Notes under the pieces: generated by a model
Told to the model about the DNA's origin: nothing
What the model saw: only the letters and a program-made list of their open reading frames with translations
Databases searched by the model: none
Part shown: positions 37,848-47,816 of the stretch, one piece after another
Numbering within the stretch: the first letter of the stretch is position 1
How the letters are laid out: every line of letters starts with the position of its first letter
Translations under genes and position numbers: made by a program
Assembly (NCBI GenBank): GCA_963771175.1
Contig: CAVYSY010000056.1
Span: 32,001 to 96,000, forward strand
DNA from: an uncultured delta proteobacterium
Lineage (GTDB): Bacteria; Myxococcota; Myxococcia; Myxococcales; Myxococcaceae
Direction: 5' to 3'
DNA length: 64,000 nucleotides

Positions 37848-38903
37848 ATGACCCAACCAGCCCGAGTCGTGGAGCAGCGCGACATCCAGACGAAGCGGCT
37901 CACCATGCACGTGCGCACCACTGGTGAGGACGGCTTTCCGGTGGTGTTCGTGCATGGCAACTGTTCCTCCTCCGCCTTCTTCGGAACCCTGATGGCGCGC
38001 CTGCCCAAGGGGCTGCGCGGCATCGCCCCGGACCTGCGCGGCTACGGCGACACCGAGCCCAAGCCCATCGACGCCACGCGCGGCATGCGCGACCACAGCG
38101 ACGACGTGGCCTCGCTGATGGAGGCGCTCTCCATTCCGCGTGCCCTCTTCGTGGCCCACTCGGCGGGCGCGGGCGCGGTGATGCAGCTCGCCATCGACCA
38201 CCCGGAGCGCGTGGTGGGCCTGGTGCTGGAGGCCCCCGTCTCCCCGTTTGGCTTCGGCGGCACGCGGGATGCGGACGGCACCCCCTGCTGGCCGGACTTC
38301 GCGGGCTCGGGTGGCGGCACCGCCAACCCCGACTTCGTGCAGCGCCTGGCGAAGAAGGACCGCTCGGCGGAGAGCCAGACGTCCCCGCGCAACGTGATGA
38401 ACGGCTGCTACGTGAAGCCGCCCTTCAAGGCGCCCAACGAGGAGGCGCTGCTGGACTCGGTGCTCTCCACCCGCGTGTCGGACGTGCACTACCCCGGCAC
38501 CTTCGAGCAGAGCCCCAACTGGCCGGGCGTCGCCCCGGGCACCACGGGGATGAACAACTCCTTCGCGCCCAAGTACTTCAACCTGAGCGCGTTCGCCTCG
38601 CTCGCCCAGAAGCCGGACGTGCTGTGGATTCGCGGCGCGGATGACGTCATCGTCTCCGACACCTCGCTCTTCGACTTCGGCTACCTCGGCAAGCTGGGCG
38701 CCATCCCCGGCTGGCCCGGCGAGGACAAGTACCCGCCGCAGCCGATGGTCAGCCAGACGCGCAAGCTCTTCGAGCGCTACGCGGCCAATGGTGGGCACTT
38801 CCGCGAGGAGGTGCTCGTGGACACCGGCCACAGCCCGCACGTGGAGAGGCCGCAGGAGTTCGAGCGGCTCGCCTTCCCGTTCCTCCAGGAGCACGCCCGC
38901 TGA
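37848..38903 (+). CDS. Alpha/beta hydrolase (cytoplasmic)
   Basis: VVFVHGN, APDLRGYG, AHSAG nucleophile elbow, GADD, GHSPHVE. Confidence 0.88.
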   Translation: MTQPARVVEQRDIQTKRLTMHVRTTGEDGFPVVFVHGNCSSSAFFGTLMARLPKGLRGIAPDLRGYGDTEPKPIDATRGMRDHSDDVASLMEALSIPRALFVAHSAGAGAVMQLAIDHPERVVGLVLEAPVSPFGFGGTRDADGTPCWPDFAGSGGGTANPDFVQRLAKKDRSAESQTSPRNVMNGCYVKPPFKAPNEEALLDSVLSTRVSDVHYPGTFEQSPNWPGVAPGTTGMNNSFAPKYFNLSAFASLAQKPDVLWIRGADDVIVSDTSLFDFGYLGKLGAIPGWPGEDKYPPQPMVSQTRKLFERYAANGGHFREEVLVDTGHSPHVERPQEFERLAFPFLQEHAR

Positions 38904-38991
38904 AGTCGCGCTCGGGCGCGCCGGCCCCGTGCTGGCGCGCCCTCCCTGTCTCTCCCCGTCGTCGGAATCCCCATGCAGTGATGGAGGTCAT

Positions 38992-40935
38992 ATGAAGACG
39001 TCATTGAAGCTGTCGCTCTCCGCGGCGGCGCTGCTGACCGCGCCCCTGGCCGGAGCCGCCCTACCCACGGACCTGGCCCCGTATTTCGATACCAACGCCG
39101 CACCGGCCAACACCTACCGGGTCGTCGGGACGTACACGCCCCCGAGCTGGTCCTGGGGTCAGATCGAGCTGCTCGAGGGCCAGCAGCTCTTCCGCACCGA
39201 GTACTACAACCGCCGCACGGAGAAGCTGCGCGACCAGGACACCTACCAGTCCTCCCAGTATGCGCTGCGCACGTATTTCGGCTCGCTCAACCAGCAGCTC
39301 GTGAACGGGTTCAACCTCTACTACAACAACACCTGTGCCACGACGGCGGGGAGCACCTGCCCGGTGCCGGGCCCCACCCGCCCCGAGGCGCGCTTCGTGC
39401 TGCTGCACAAGGGCCCGAAGACGGCGGCGCGCACCTGCAACGTGAACCTGACGCCCACGCTGCTGGTACACGGCGCCATGCAGGACGGCAACGTGTGGCT
39501 CTTCCCCAACGGCAACGACGGGACGGGCAGCGCGTACGGCGGCGCCTCGCAGGTGACGGGCTTCGTGCAGGACCTGGAGACGAAGGGCCGCTGCGTGTAC
39601 GCCGTCACCTTCGGCTCCTTCCACGGTGACAACTTCAGCCAGGCCACCAACGTGGCCAACGCGGTGAAGCGCATCAAGGCGCTGCACCCGGGTGTGGCGC
39701 GCGTGGACGTGGTGGGGTGGAGCAAGGGCGTGGTCTCGGTGGACGCGTGGCTCACCAACGCCCCCACCTGGACGGGCTTCAGCACCACGCGCTTCTTCGA
39801 GCGCATGGCGGCGGAGCAGGCCAAGGCGGTGCCGGCCTATGACGACTCGGTGCGCACCTACGTGGCGCTGAGCGGGCCGCACAAGGGCATCGACCTGAAC
39901 TTCCGCCACCCCATCCACACGCTCACCATCCCCAGCACCTCGAACAACGCGCCGGTGGGCCGCGGCCCCATGCCGTGGACGTACTTCTCCGCCTTCCAGT
40001 GCGTGAACTGGGGCCCGGACGTGCCCTGGTACAACAACCCCTACGCGGAGAGCGTGTGCGAGGGCTCCGGCGGCACCTGGCCGGACTACTTCCGCCGCAT
40101 CTACGTCTCCAACATCACCAGCCTGGACTCCACCGGCAAGCCCGTCACCGGCGGCACGCTGCAGACGCTGAACGTGAACCAGGGCGTGTCCTCGAGCTCG
40201 TTCAACTTCGACGAGTTCAACATGAGCCTCTTCGGCAGCGTGAACGACAGCGGCAAGTACGTGAACGCCTTCGTGGGCCAGCTCCAGGTGGCGGAGGATC
40301 TGCGGAGCCTCTACCCCATCCCGGACCGCAGCGCCTCCGCGTGGGATGACGTGGACCAGGACGAGGCGCGCTACTTCCCGTGGGTGGACCAGAAGCTCGT
40401 CTACAACCCGTACAACCCGTTCATCGCGGCGGGCTACCTGAACAACACCCACACCCAGTGCAAGTCGACGGCGTTCGATCCGGTGGGCAGCCCCTGCTAC
40501 GCCTACCACGCGTACAACACCAACCAGAACCGCGAGGGCTACGACTCGCTGGGCTATGCCAAGTACCGCATCATCCAGAGCCTCGGCATGGCGGCGGCCA
40601 AGGAGATGGGCGGCAAGTTCATGACCCGGCTGGCCGAGCGCGGCCTGGACTCGCGGCTGCCCTCGCTCTACGTCCTCTACGGCACCACGTACGGGGCGAC
40701 CACGGACACGCGCTTCGAGACGGACGGCATGACCTGCACCACCTGCTCGGTGAATGGTGACGGCGTGCTGTTCAACGCGAGCATCGCCGCGGTGAACCAG
40801 CTCACCCAGGGCTGGACGACCACCAAGAAGACCGCGGACTCCAAGCAGGAGGGCGTGCCCTACGGTCACCTCGAGGTGGGTGTCACCCCGGCCGTCTGGA
40901 GCAAGATCTCCACCCACTTCGCCTCGCGCGACTGA
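38992..40935 (+). CDS. Large secreted lipase/esterase-family alpha/beta hydrolase
   Basis: GGAGG RBS, signal peptide, LLVHGA, VDVVGWSKG (GxSxG), LSGPHKG, GDGV, GHLE. Confidence 0.8.
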   Translation: MKTSLKLSLSAAALLTAPLAGAALPTDLAPYFDTNAAPANTYRVVGTYTPPSWSWGQIELLEGQQLFRTEYYNRRTEKLRDQDTYQSSQYALRTYFGSLNQQLVNGFNLYYNNTCATTAGSTCPVPGPTRPEARFVLLHKGPKTAARTCNVNLTPTLLVHGAMQDGNVWLFPNGNDGTGSAYGGASQVTGFVQDLETKGRCVYAVTFGSFHGDNFSQATNVANAVKRIKALHPGVARVDVVGWSKGVVSVDAWLTNAPTWTGFSTTRFFERMAAEQAKAVPAYDDSVRTYVALSGPHKGIDLNFRHPIHTLTIPSTSNNAPVGRGPMPWTYFSAFQCVNWGPDVPWYNNPYAESVCEGSGGTWPDYFRRIYVSNITSLDSTGKPVTGGTLQTLNVNQGVSSSSFNFDEFNMSLFGSVNDSGKYVNAFVGQLQVAEDLRSLYPIPDRSASAWDDVDQDEARYFPWVDQKLVYNPYNPFIAAGYLNNTHTQCKSTAFDPVGSPCYAYHAYNTNQNREGYDSLGYAKYRIIQSLGMAAAKEMGGKFMTRLAERGLDSRLPSLYVLYGTTYGATTDTRFETDGMTCTTCSVNGDGVLFNASIAAVNQLTQGWTTTKKTADSKQEGVPYGHLEVGVTPAVWSKISTHFASRD

Positions 40936-40957
40936 CGCGAAGGCGGGGTGAAGTACG

Positions 40958-40989
40958 AGGCGGATGCCGGCACGCGCTGGCATCCGCCT
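40958..40989. terminator. Hairpin between convergent genes
   Basis: aggcggatgccggc-acgc-gctggcatccgcct 14-bp stem. Confidence 0.7.
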
Positions 40990-40992
40990 TCT

Positions 40993-42006
40993 TCATTCCA
41001 GGCCCTTCAGGAACGCGAGCACCCGCGGGTTGTAGTCCTGGGGGCAGTCCATCTGCACGGTGTGGCCGCACCGCTCCAGACCCACGAGCTTCGAGCCCCG
41101 GATATGCTCGTGCCCGTACGCCATGATGTCGCGCGCCTCGCCCCCGTGGAGGAAGGGATTGGGGATGAGGCGGTCATCCTCGCCATGGATGATGAGCGTG
41201 GGGACGGTGATGCGGCCGAGGCTGTCGCGCACGAAGTCGTTGTGGGCCAGGCCGTTCACCGTGCGCACGTTGGCGTAGGCATACGCGTCGAACTCGGGGC
41301 TCTTGGCGACGCGCACCCGCTCCTCGATGAGCCAGTTGAGCTCCGGCCGCCAGCGCTCGAAGTTGGACTGACGCACGCTGCCCCAGATGCCGTACTCGGA
41401 CGAGCCCTTGACGAGCGCGGTGCTGAAGGAGCGCTTGAACCAGGCCTTCTCCTTGGGGCTGAACTTCTCGAAGCCCGCGGGGGAAGTGAGCACGAGCGCC
41501 TTCACGTCCTCCGGATAGCGGAGGGCATACGAGAGCGACGTCTGCCCGCCCATGGAGTGCCCCACGAGGATGGGCTTGTCCGCGCCCACCTTCTGGGCGA
41601 GCTCGTGGACCGCATCCGCCATGGCCTCCATGGTGTAGGGGAAGGAGGCCGGCTTGTCGGACTTGCCGTAGCCGGGCAGGTCCACGGCGATGACGCGGTA
41701 GCCCTGCTCGGCGAAGGTGTCGAGCTGGTAGCGCCAGAACTTCAGGTACGAGCCCAACCCGTGGATGAAGAGAACGGTCTGCGTCCCCTCGGGATTGAGC
41801 TCGACGTAGGCGACCTCGGGCACGAGCGCCATGCCATGGGCGGCGGCCGTGTCGGGGAGGGCGAGCCGCTTCACGGGCCAGGGCTTGCCCTCGGGCGAGG
41901 AGTAGTCGAGGTCCTGGAAGGACAGCGGGGGGCGCGCGTTGTACGAGGTGACGCACCCGGTGGAGAGGCCCGCCAGCGCGAGCAGGCCCAGAGCACGAGT
42001 CTTCAT
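40993..42006 (-). CDS. Alpha/beta hydrolase lipoprotein
   Basis: LSTG-C lipobox, FIHGLG, DLPGYG, GHSMGG, HGEDD, CGH. Confidence 0.88.
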   Translation of the reverse strand: MKTRALGLLALAGLSTGCVTSYNARPPLSFQDLDYSSPEGKPWPVKRLALPDTAAAHGMALVPEVAYVELNPEGTQTVLFIHGLGSYLKFWRYQLDTFAEQGYRVIAVDLPGYGKSDKPASFPYTMEAMADAVHELAQKVGADKPILVGHSMGGQTSLSYALRYPEDVKALVLTSPAGFEKFSPKEKAWFKRSFSTALVKGSSEYGIWGSVRQSNFERWRPELNWLIEERVRVAKSPEFDAYAYANVRTVNGLAHNDFVRDSLGRITVPTLIIHGEDDRLIPNPFLHGGEARDIMAYGHEHIRGSKLVGLERCGHTVQMDCPQDYNPRVLAFLKGLE

Positions 42007-42008
42007 GG

Positions 42009-43673
42009 TCAGAACGCGTACCAGGTGAAGGTGGTGAAGGCGGCCCACGGGTTGGCCGTGACGCGCGGATTGCCGTCGTAGAAGTTGCCGCGAATCATGT
42101 AGCCGCCGTGCAGGCCCACGGTCATGAGGTAGCGGATGGTGTAGCGGAGCTCGGCGTTCACCTCGGTGCCAATCAGGCGGCCCCGAGCCACCCCCGGCGT
42201 CTCCTCGGGCGGGGTGACGCTGCTGGCAGCGACGGCCGCGCCCAGCTTGAGGTTGAGCTTGTTGGGGATGAGGTCATACGCGCCGGTGGCGATGACCGTC
42301 TGGAGACCGTAGCCCTGGTTGGAGATGTCCGTCACCGCGCCCGTGTAGTTGTTGACGGTGCTGGTGAAGGGGAACAGGACGAGCATCTTGTGGTTGAACC
42401 ACACCGCGCCCGGCAGGCCGTACTGGTTGAGGGTGAAGGCGCCGGTGTAGCGGCTGTCGGCCAGGTCCGAGTCGCCCGTGGAGAACATGCCCTCGAGCGT
42501 CACCAGGTCACTGCTGGTGCGCCCGAAGTTGTAGAGCAGCTCCAGGTTGGCGGAGAGGCCATCGACGTCCACCTCCTGGTTGAGGGTGGTGTCCGCCCGG
42601 TTGGAGACGAACTGGCCCCGGTTGTACATGAGGAAGCCGGAGGCGCCGAACCGGCCGGTGCGGAAGTCGATGTTGTGGTTGAAGTTGAGGCCCGCCCAGC
42701 CGACCCAGCCCGTGGGCCGGTCGATCGACAGCCGCGGCGCGCCGGTGAAGTTGCCCAGGCTGCTGGAGGACGGGCCGCTCTTCACCAGGCCCTCGAAGGC
42801 GTAGGCATCGCCCTTGGTGTTGTCGCGCAGGAACCACAGCGACGCGCCCACGTTCGTCCCGGGCGCCACCGGGTAGGTGTAGTCGGCCATGCCCAGCCAG
42901 ACGAACTTGAGCCGAGGGTCGTTGAACTCCGCCTTGTCCGCCTGCACGCTGCCCAGCGGCAGCAGGCTCAGGCGCGACTGGCCCTTGAGGTAGTTGCTGA
43001 AGACGGACAGGCCCGTGGCGTCACTGCCCAGGAAGGCCAGCTTGTAGCCGGTCCGGATGAGCTCGTTGAGCGGCGTGCGCGTCGGGTCGTAGACCGAGTC
43101 GTAGACGGGCTGAGTGCCAATCAGCAGGGTGAGCTGGCTGGGATTCTTCGTCGGGTAGAGGGCGACGTTGAGATTCTTCGTCTGGAGGTTGACCTGGTCG
43201 GCGTTGAAGCCGCCACCCTCGTTCTGCTGCACGGCATTGGCCGAGCGGCCCCAGAGGAAGTCCACCTCGAACTGGGCGCGGAAGCTGGCCAGCCCATCCA
43301 CGAAGAACGGGCTGTATTCGATGACCGGAATCCAGCGCTGCTCGACGTAGAAGGCCGGGGCGTTCTCCACGCGCACGGCGCTGCCGGCCACCTGGCCGAT
43401 GGGGCCCAGCGACACGCCCTTGAGGCCCGTTGGATCCCCGAGCTGGTTGGTGGCCGAGAGGCGGGTGAAGAAGTAGTTGATGAGGACGAACTCGCGAGGC
43501 TCCGCGTCCTGCTCGCGATTCTTGGCCTCGTACCAGTCGGCGTAGGCCCCGGGCAGCGGGGTGCTCTGTCCCCAGGCGGGGAAGGAGAGCCCGGCCGAGC
43601 CCAGGGCCAGCGCCAGCGCGCATCCGCGTACCACGGTCCCTCGTGTTGCGTCAGGAAGCCACCGCCACGACAT
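42009..43673 (-). CDS. Probable outer membrane porin-like beta-barrel
   Basis: Signal peptide, amphipathic strands, GTEVNAELRY, C-terminal FTWYAF. Confidence 0.7.
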   Translation of the reverse strand: MSWRWLPDATRGTVVRGCALALALGSAGLSFPAWGQSTPLPGAYADWYEAKNREQDAEPREFVLINYFFTRLSATNQLGDPTGLKGVSLGPIGQVAGSAVRVENAPAFYVEQRWIPVIEYSPFFVDGLASFRAQFEVDFLWGRSANAVQQNEGGGFNADQVNLQTKNLNVALYPTKNPSQLTLLIGTQPVYDSVYDPTRTPLNELIRTGYKLAFLGSDATGLSVFSNYLKGQSRLSLLPLGSVQADKAEFNDPRLKFVWLGMADYTYPVAPGTNVGASLWFLRDNTKGDAYAFEGLVKSGPSSSSLGNFTGAPRLSIDRPTGWVGWAGLNFNHNIDFRTGRFGASGFLMYNRGQFVSNRADTTLNQEVDVDGLSANLELLYNFGRTSSDLVTLEGMFSTGDSDLADSRYTGAFTLNQYGLPGAVWFNHKMLVLFPFTSTVNNYTGAVTDISNQGYGLQTVIATGAYDLIPNKLNLKLGAAVAASSVTPPEETPGVARGRLIGTEVNAELRYTIRYLMTVGLHGGYMIRGNFYDGNPRVTANPWAAFTTFTWYAF

Positions 43674-43723
43674 ACGTGTCTCGTCTCCAGAGGGGGTAGA
43701 GGATGCGCGCCGTATACGCCGTT

Positions 43724-44317
43724 TTACTGGGCGACGAACGTCTGCACGGCGTTACCGGTGAAGGCCGCGCCGTTGAGCGTCACCGTCGCCGCGCCCACCG
43801 CGCCGTCCGCGCAGCGGTGACCCTTGGCCTGGCCGGAGAAGAAGAGCTCCAGCTTGAGCGTCTTGCCATCCGCGCTGAGGCTGCCACGGCCCTCCTGGGC
43901 GAAGCCGTTGTAGGTGAACGTGGCGTCGAAGCAGCTCAGGTCCTCCTTGGCGTTCTCGATGAGCGCGACCGTGGAGGTGAACTGCGCCGTCGCACCCGCG
44001 GCGTCGTGGTCACAGATGCCCATGTTGAACTTCTGGGGCGCGTCGCGCAGGGTGCCCAGAACGCTGGTGACGGTATAGGTGCCGTTGCCCACCTGCATGG
44101 TGCTCTTGCTGTAGCACTGGGTGGCGCCCTCGAGGTTCATGTCCTCGTTGAAGCCATTGGGGTGGCTGGGGATGTTCGCCCCGTCCATCACCAGCGTCTT
44201 GCCCTCGAGCCTGGTGGCCACCTGCTTGTTGGGATCCACCGGCACCGGCTCCACCGGATCGCAGCCCACCAGCCCCATGGCACACAGCATCATCGCGGAC
44301 AGCAGTTGCTTCTTCAT
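43724..44317 (-). CDS. Lipoprotein of unknown function
   Basis: MKKQLLSAMMLCAMGLVG-C lipobox; AGGAG RBS. Confidence 0.8.
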   Translation of the reverse strand: MKKQLLSAMMLCAMGLVGCDPVEPVPVDPNKQVATRLEGKTLVMDGANIPSHPNGFNEDMNLEGATQCYSKSTMQVGNGTYTVTSVLGTLRDAPQKFNMGICDHDAAGATAQFTSTVALIENAKEDLSCFDATFTYNGFAQEGRGSLSADGKTLKLELFFSGQAKGHRCADGAVGAATVTLNGAAFTGNAVQTFVAQ

Positions 44318-44438
44318 GTGATGGCTCCTCTCCCCCGGCATGTGCCGGCTCGACAAACTCGTCCCGTGTCTGGTGGAAGTCCCCGCGTCCGCGCGAGGAC
44401 TCCCTCCAGTGTGGACCTTCACTCGATGTCGACGTGAC

Positions 44439-45993
44439 TCAGCGCGACGCGGCGTCGGCCGCGATGGCCTGCGCGCGCAACTCGCGCTTGAGAATCTTCC
44501 CCGCCGCGGACACAGGCAGGGACTGCACCAGGTCCACCCGCTTCGGCACCTTGAAGCGCGCCACCCGGCCGCGCAGGTGCTCCAGCAGCGCCTCGGACGT
44601 GGCCTGCGCACCGGGCTTCAGCACCACGAAGGCGCGCCCCACCTCGCCCCACTTCGCGTCGGGCACCCCCACCACCGCGCAGGACTGCACGGCGGGGTGC
44701 TCGTAGAGCGCCGTCTCCAGCTCCAGCGGGTACACGTTCTCTCCGCCGGAGATGTACATGTCCTTCTTGCGCCCGTTGATGAAGAAGAAGCCGTCCGCGT
44801 CCCGGTGCGCCAGGTCCCCCGTGTGGAACCAGCCATCCTTGTCGATGGCCTCGGCGGTGGCCTCGGCGTTCTCGAAGTACCCCGAGCCCATGGAGGGGCC
44901 CTTGAGGACGAGCTCGCCCGTGGCGCCCTCGGGCACGTCGCGGCCGTCGTCATCCACCAGCCGCGCGTCGATGAAGTAGTTGGGCCGGCCGATGGAGCCG
45001 GCCTTGGACACGGCGAACTCGGGGCCCATGCTGAAGATGCCGGGGCCGAACTCCGTCATGCCGAAGCCCTGCTTGAAGGGCACCGCGTGCACCGCCTGCC
45101 ACGCCTGCAGCAGCGGCACCGGCAGCGGCGCGCCACCGCTCGTCACGAAGCGCACGGTGGAGAGGTCCGCCGAGCGGAAGCGCGGCGAGTCATACATCTG
45201 CTGGTACTGCGTGGGCACCGCGAAGAAGAGCGTCACCTTCTCGCTGCTCCACCAGCCGCAGCATCTCGTCCGCGTCCCAGCGACGCATCAGCACCACCGT
45301 GCCGCCGCAGGTGAGCAGCGGCACCGTGTAGACGAGCAGCCCGCCCGTGTGGAACAGGGGCGTGTGCGTCACCGTGACGTCCCCGGGCCGCAGCTCGTGG
45401 ATGAGCGTGTTGAGCGTGTTCCACGCCACCATCCGGTAGCTGATGCGGGCGCCCTTCGACTTGCCCGTGGTGCCGCCGGTGAAGAGCAGGCAGATGATGT
45501 CCTCCTCGCTCACCTGCTCGTTCGTCACCTTCGTCGAGGACGTGTGCGCGAGCAGCTCGGCATAGGGGCGGCTCTCGGGCAGCCCCTGCCCCTCCAGGTG
45601 GACGAGCTTCAGCGACGCGCCCACCTGCTTGCCCACGGCCGCGACGCTCTCGCGGAAGTCATCGCTGAAGAGGAGCACGCGCGGGCCGGTGTCGCGCACC
45701 AGCTCCGCCAGCTCCTGCGCGTGCAGGCGCCAGTTGTAGGGGACGAGGGTGGCGCCCAGCTTGCCGCAGGCGAAGAAGACATCCAGGAACTCCACGCCGT
45801 TGTGGGCCACGAGGCCCACCCGGTCTCCCCGGGACACGCCGGCCACGTCGCGCAGCCAGCCCGCGAGCGCCTCGGCACGCGCGTTCATCGCGCGGTAGGT
45901 GAAGCGGCCGGCCGCTCCCTTGGCCACATCCACTACCGCGGTGTGCTCGGGCCAGTACATGGCCCCACGACCCATCCAGTCGCCGATGAACAT
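44439..45993 (-). CDS. Acyl-CoA synthetase (AMP-binding), one frameshift at ~45243
   Basis: FTGGTTGKSKG, PLFHTGG, QGFGMTE, WFHTGD, SGGENVYP, GKILK. Confidence 0.9.
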
Positions 45994-46036
45994 GTGTCGT
46001 CCCCTCCCCTTCAGTGCGTCAGTGTTCCAGACTCGC

Positions 46037-47032
46037 TCAGGCCGTCCAGCGGTAGAGCGCCGAGGCCATGGCCAGACCGCCGCCGCTGGCGCACAGGGCG
46101 ATCAGGTCGCCCTTCTTCACCTTGCCCTGCACCACCGCGTCATCCAGCGTCATCGGGATGCAGGCCGAGCCGGTGTAGCCCCACTTGTCCATGGTGTAGT
46201 GCGCCTTGGACATGGGCTGCTCCAGCACCTTCATCGTGGCCTCGATGGTGCGCAGGTTGAGCTGGGTGAAGACGAACTGACTCACGTCGTTCATCGACAG
46301 ATCGGCCCGCTCCAGGAGCTGCTTGAGCAGCATGGGCCAGCGCTCGGTGTTGAAGGTCGCGGGGAACTTGCGCACGAACTGCACCGCGGGCTTGCCGTTG
46401 GTGAGCGCCAGCGTCTCCGCCGTGGCCGGCCGGTAGGTGCCGCCCGTGTAGACGCCCAGCGCGTCGTGGTACTCGCCGGCCGCCAGCAGCTTCGCGCCCA
46501 TGAAGCCGGGCTTGTCACTGGCGCCCAGCACCACCGCGCCCGCGCCGTCCGCGAAGAGCGTGCAGGTCTTCTTGTCCTTCCAGTTGATGTACCGGGACAT
46601 CCCGTAGGCGCCCAGCACCAGCACGCGCTTGTAGCTGTCGTCCGCGGAGATGGTCTTGCTCGCCACGTCCAGCGCCGTCACCCAACCCGCGCACGCGGCG
46701 TTGATGTCGTACGTGCCCGCGTTGCTCGCACCCAGCTTCGCCTGCACCGCCGAGGACGTGCCCGGGCTCAGGTAGTCCGGCGTGTCCGTGGCCACGATGA
46801 CGAGGTCCAGCTCGCTCGGCTTCACGCCCGCGCGCTCCAGCGCCTGCTTCGCGGCCTCCACGCACAGGTCGCTCGTCACCTGGTTGTCCGCCATCAGGTG
46901 GCGCTGCTTGATGCCCACGTTCTGCTGAAGCCACTCGTCCACCGGCTCGCCGATGATGCGCTCCACGTCGGCGTTGGTGAGGACCTTCTCGGGGACGTAA
47001 CGGCCAGTGGCCAGGATGTTGGCGTACCTCAT
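46037..47032 (-). CDS. 3-oxoacyl-ACP synthase III-like protein, non-canonical active site
   Basis: TGRYVPEKVLTN, AACAG (Cys), LFADGAGA, GGG; FTQLN and GYTG replace HQAN and GNTS. Confidence 0.85.
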   Translation of the reverse strand: MRYANILATGRYVPEKVLTNADVERIIGEPVDEWLQQNVGIKQRHLMADNQVTSDLCVEAAKQALERAGVKPSELDLVIVATDTPDYLSPGTSSAVQAKLGASNAGTYDINAACAGWVTALDVASKTISADDSYKRVLVLGAYGMSRYINWKDKKTCTLFADGAGAVVLGASDKPGFMGAKLLAAGEYHDALGVYTGGTYRPATAETLALTNGKPAVQFVRKFPATFNTERWPMLLKQLLERADLSMNDVSQFVFTQLNLRTIEATMKVLEQPMSKAHYTMDKWGYTGSACIPMTLDDAVVQGKVKKGDLIALCASGGGLAMASALYRWTA

Positions 47033-47712
47033 CTGCTCCTGCTCCGCGGGACTCGGGGCTTGCGTGCCCCCTTCCCGCTCTCGGTGTCGGCCCCGGCCGG
47101 ACTCACGTCCAGGCCGTGGCGAATGAAATCCATCGCGGTGTCCAGCACGCGCTCCACGTCGCCCTCTCCCGCCCACAGCACCCAGCGCATGCCCAGGAAG
47201 TCGCTCAGGCCCATCAGGCAGTAGGCCAGCGCCTCCGGGTCCATGCGCCGCACCTCGCCCGCGGCCATGGCCTGCTCGAGGCCCGACACGTACCCATGGG
47301 CGAAGCGGTCGTAGTAGCGACGGAAGCACGCCTCGTCGACGAACTCGGCCTGGCGCACAATCCGGTACAGGCGGGGGTGGCGGCCCACGAACTCGAAGAA
47401 GGTGCGCAGTCCCGCGCGCTCCACTTCAATCCGGTTCTCGCACCCCACCACCGCCTCGGCGATGAGCCGGCGCAACCGCGCGCCCAGCTCGTCCACCACC
47501 TCGACGAAGAGGGACTGCTTGTCCGGGAAATAGACGTAGAAAGTTCCGAGCGCTACCTCCGCTTCGCGGGTAATGTCCGCGATGGAGGCGCGCTCGTACC
47601 CCTTCTCTCCGAATACGGTCTCCGCCGCCTGCAGGAGGCGCAGGCGCGTGCGCTGTCCCCTGGGGGTCGCGGGCACGAGGCGCTCGGCTGGCGGAGTTGA
47701 AGACCGATTCAT
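47029..47712 (-). CDS. TetR/AcrR family transcriptional regulator
   Basis: TRLRLLQAAETVFGEKGY..ASIADIT..GTFYVYFPDK HTH; ATGA coupling to the KAS III gene. Confidence 0.92.
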   Translation of the reverse strand: MNRSSTPPAERLVPATPRGQRTRLRLLQAAETVFGEKGYERASIADITREAEVALGTFYVYFPDKQSLFVEVVDELGARLRRLIAEAVVGCENRIEVERAGLRTFFEFVGRHPRLYRIVRQAEFVDEACFRRYYDRFAHGYVSGLEQAMAAGEVRRMDPEALAYCLMGLSDFLGMRWVLWAGEGDVERVLDTAMDFIRHGLDVSPAGADTESGKGARKPRVPRSRSR

Positions 47713-47718
47713 CTTTCA
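47698..47718. promoter_or_regulatory. Putative TetR operator, copy 2, overlapping the tetR start codon
   Basis: TGAAGACCGATTCATCTTTCA imperfect palindrome. Confidence 0.6.
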
Positions 47719-47816
47719 TATTGCGTAACACCCCCCTCGCGGTATTGTCAAAAACTGTCATTCATTCGCTGGCGCGCGGACATGCAACGCATTGCGTCAG
47801 CCGGGAGAGGGAACGC

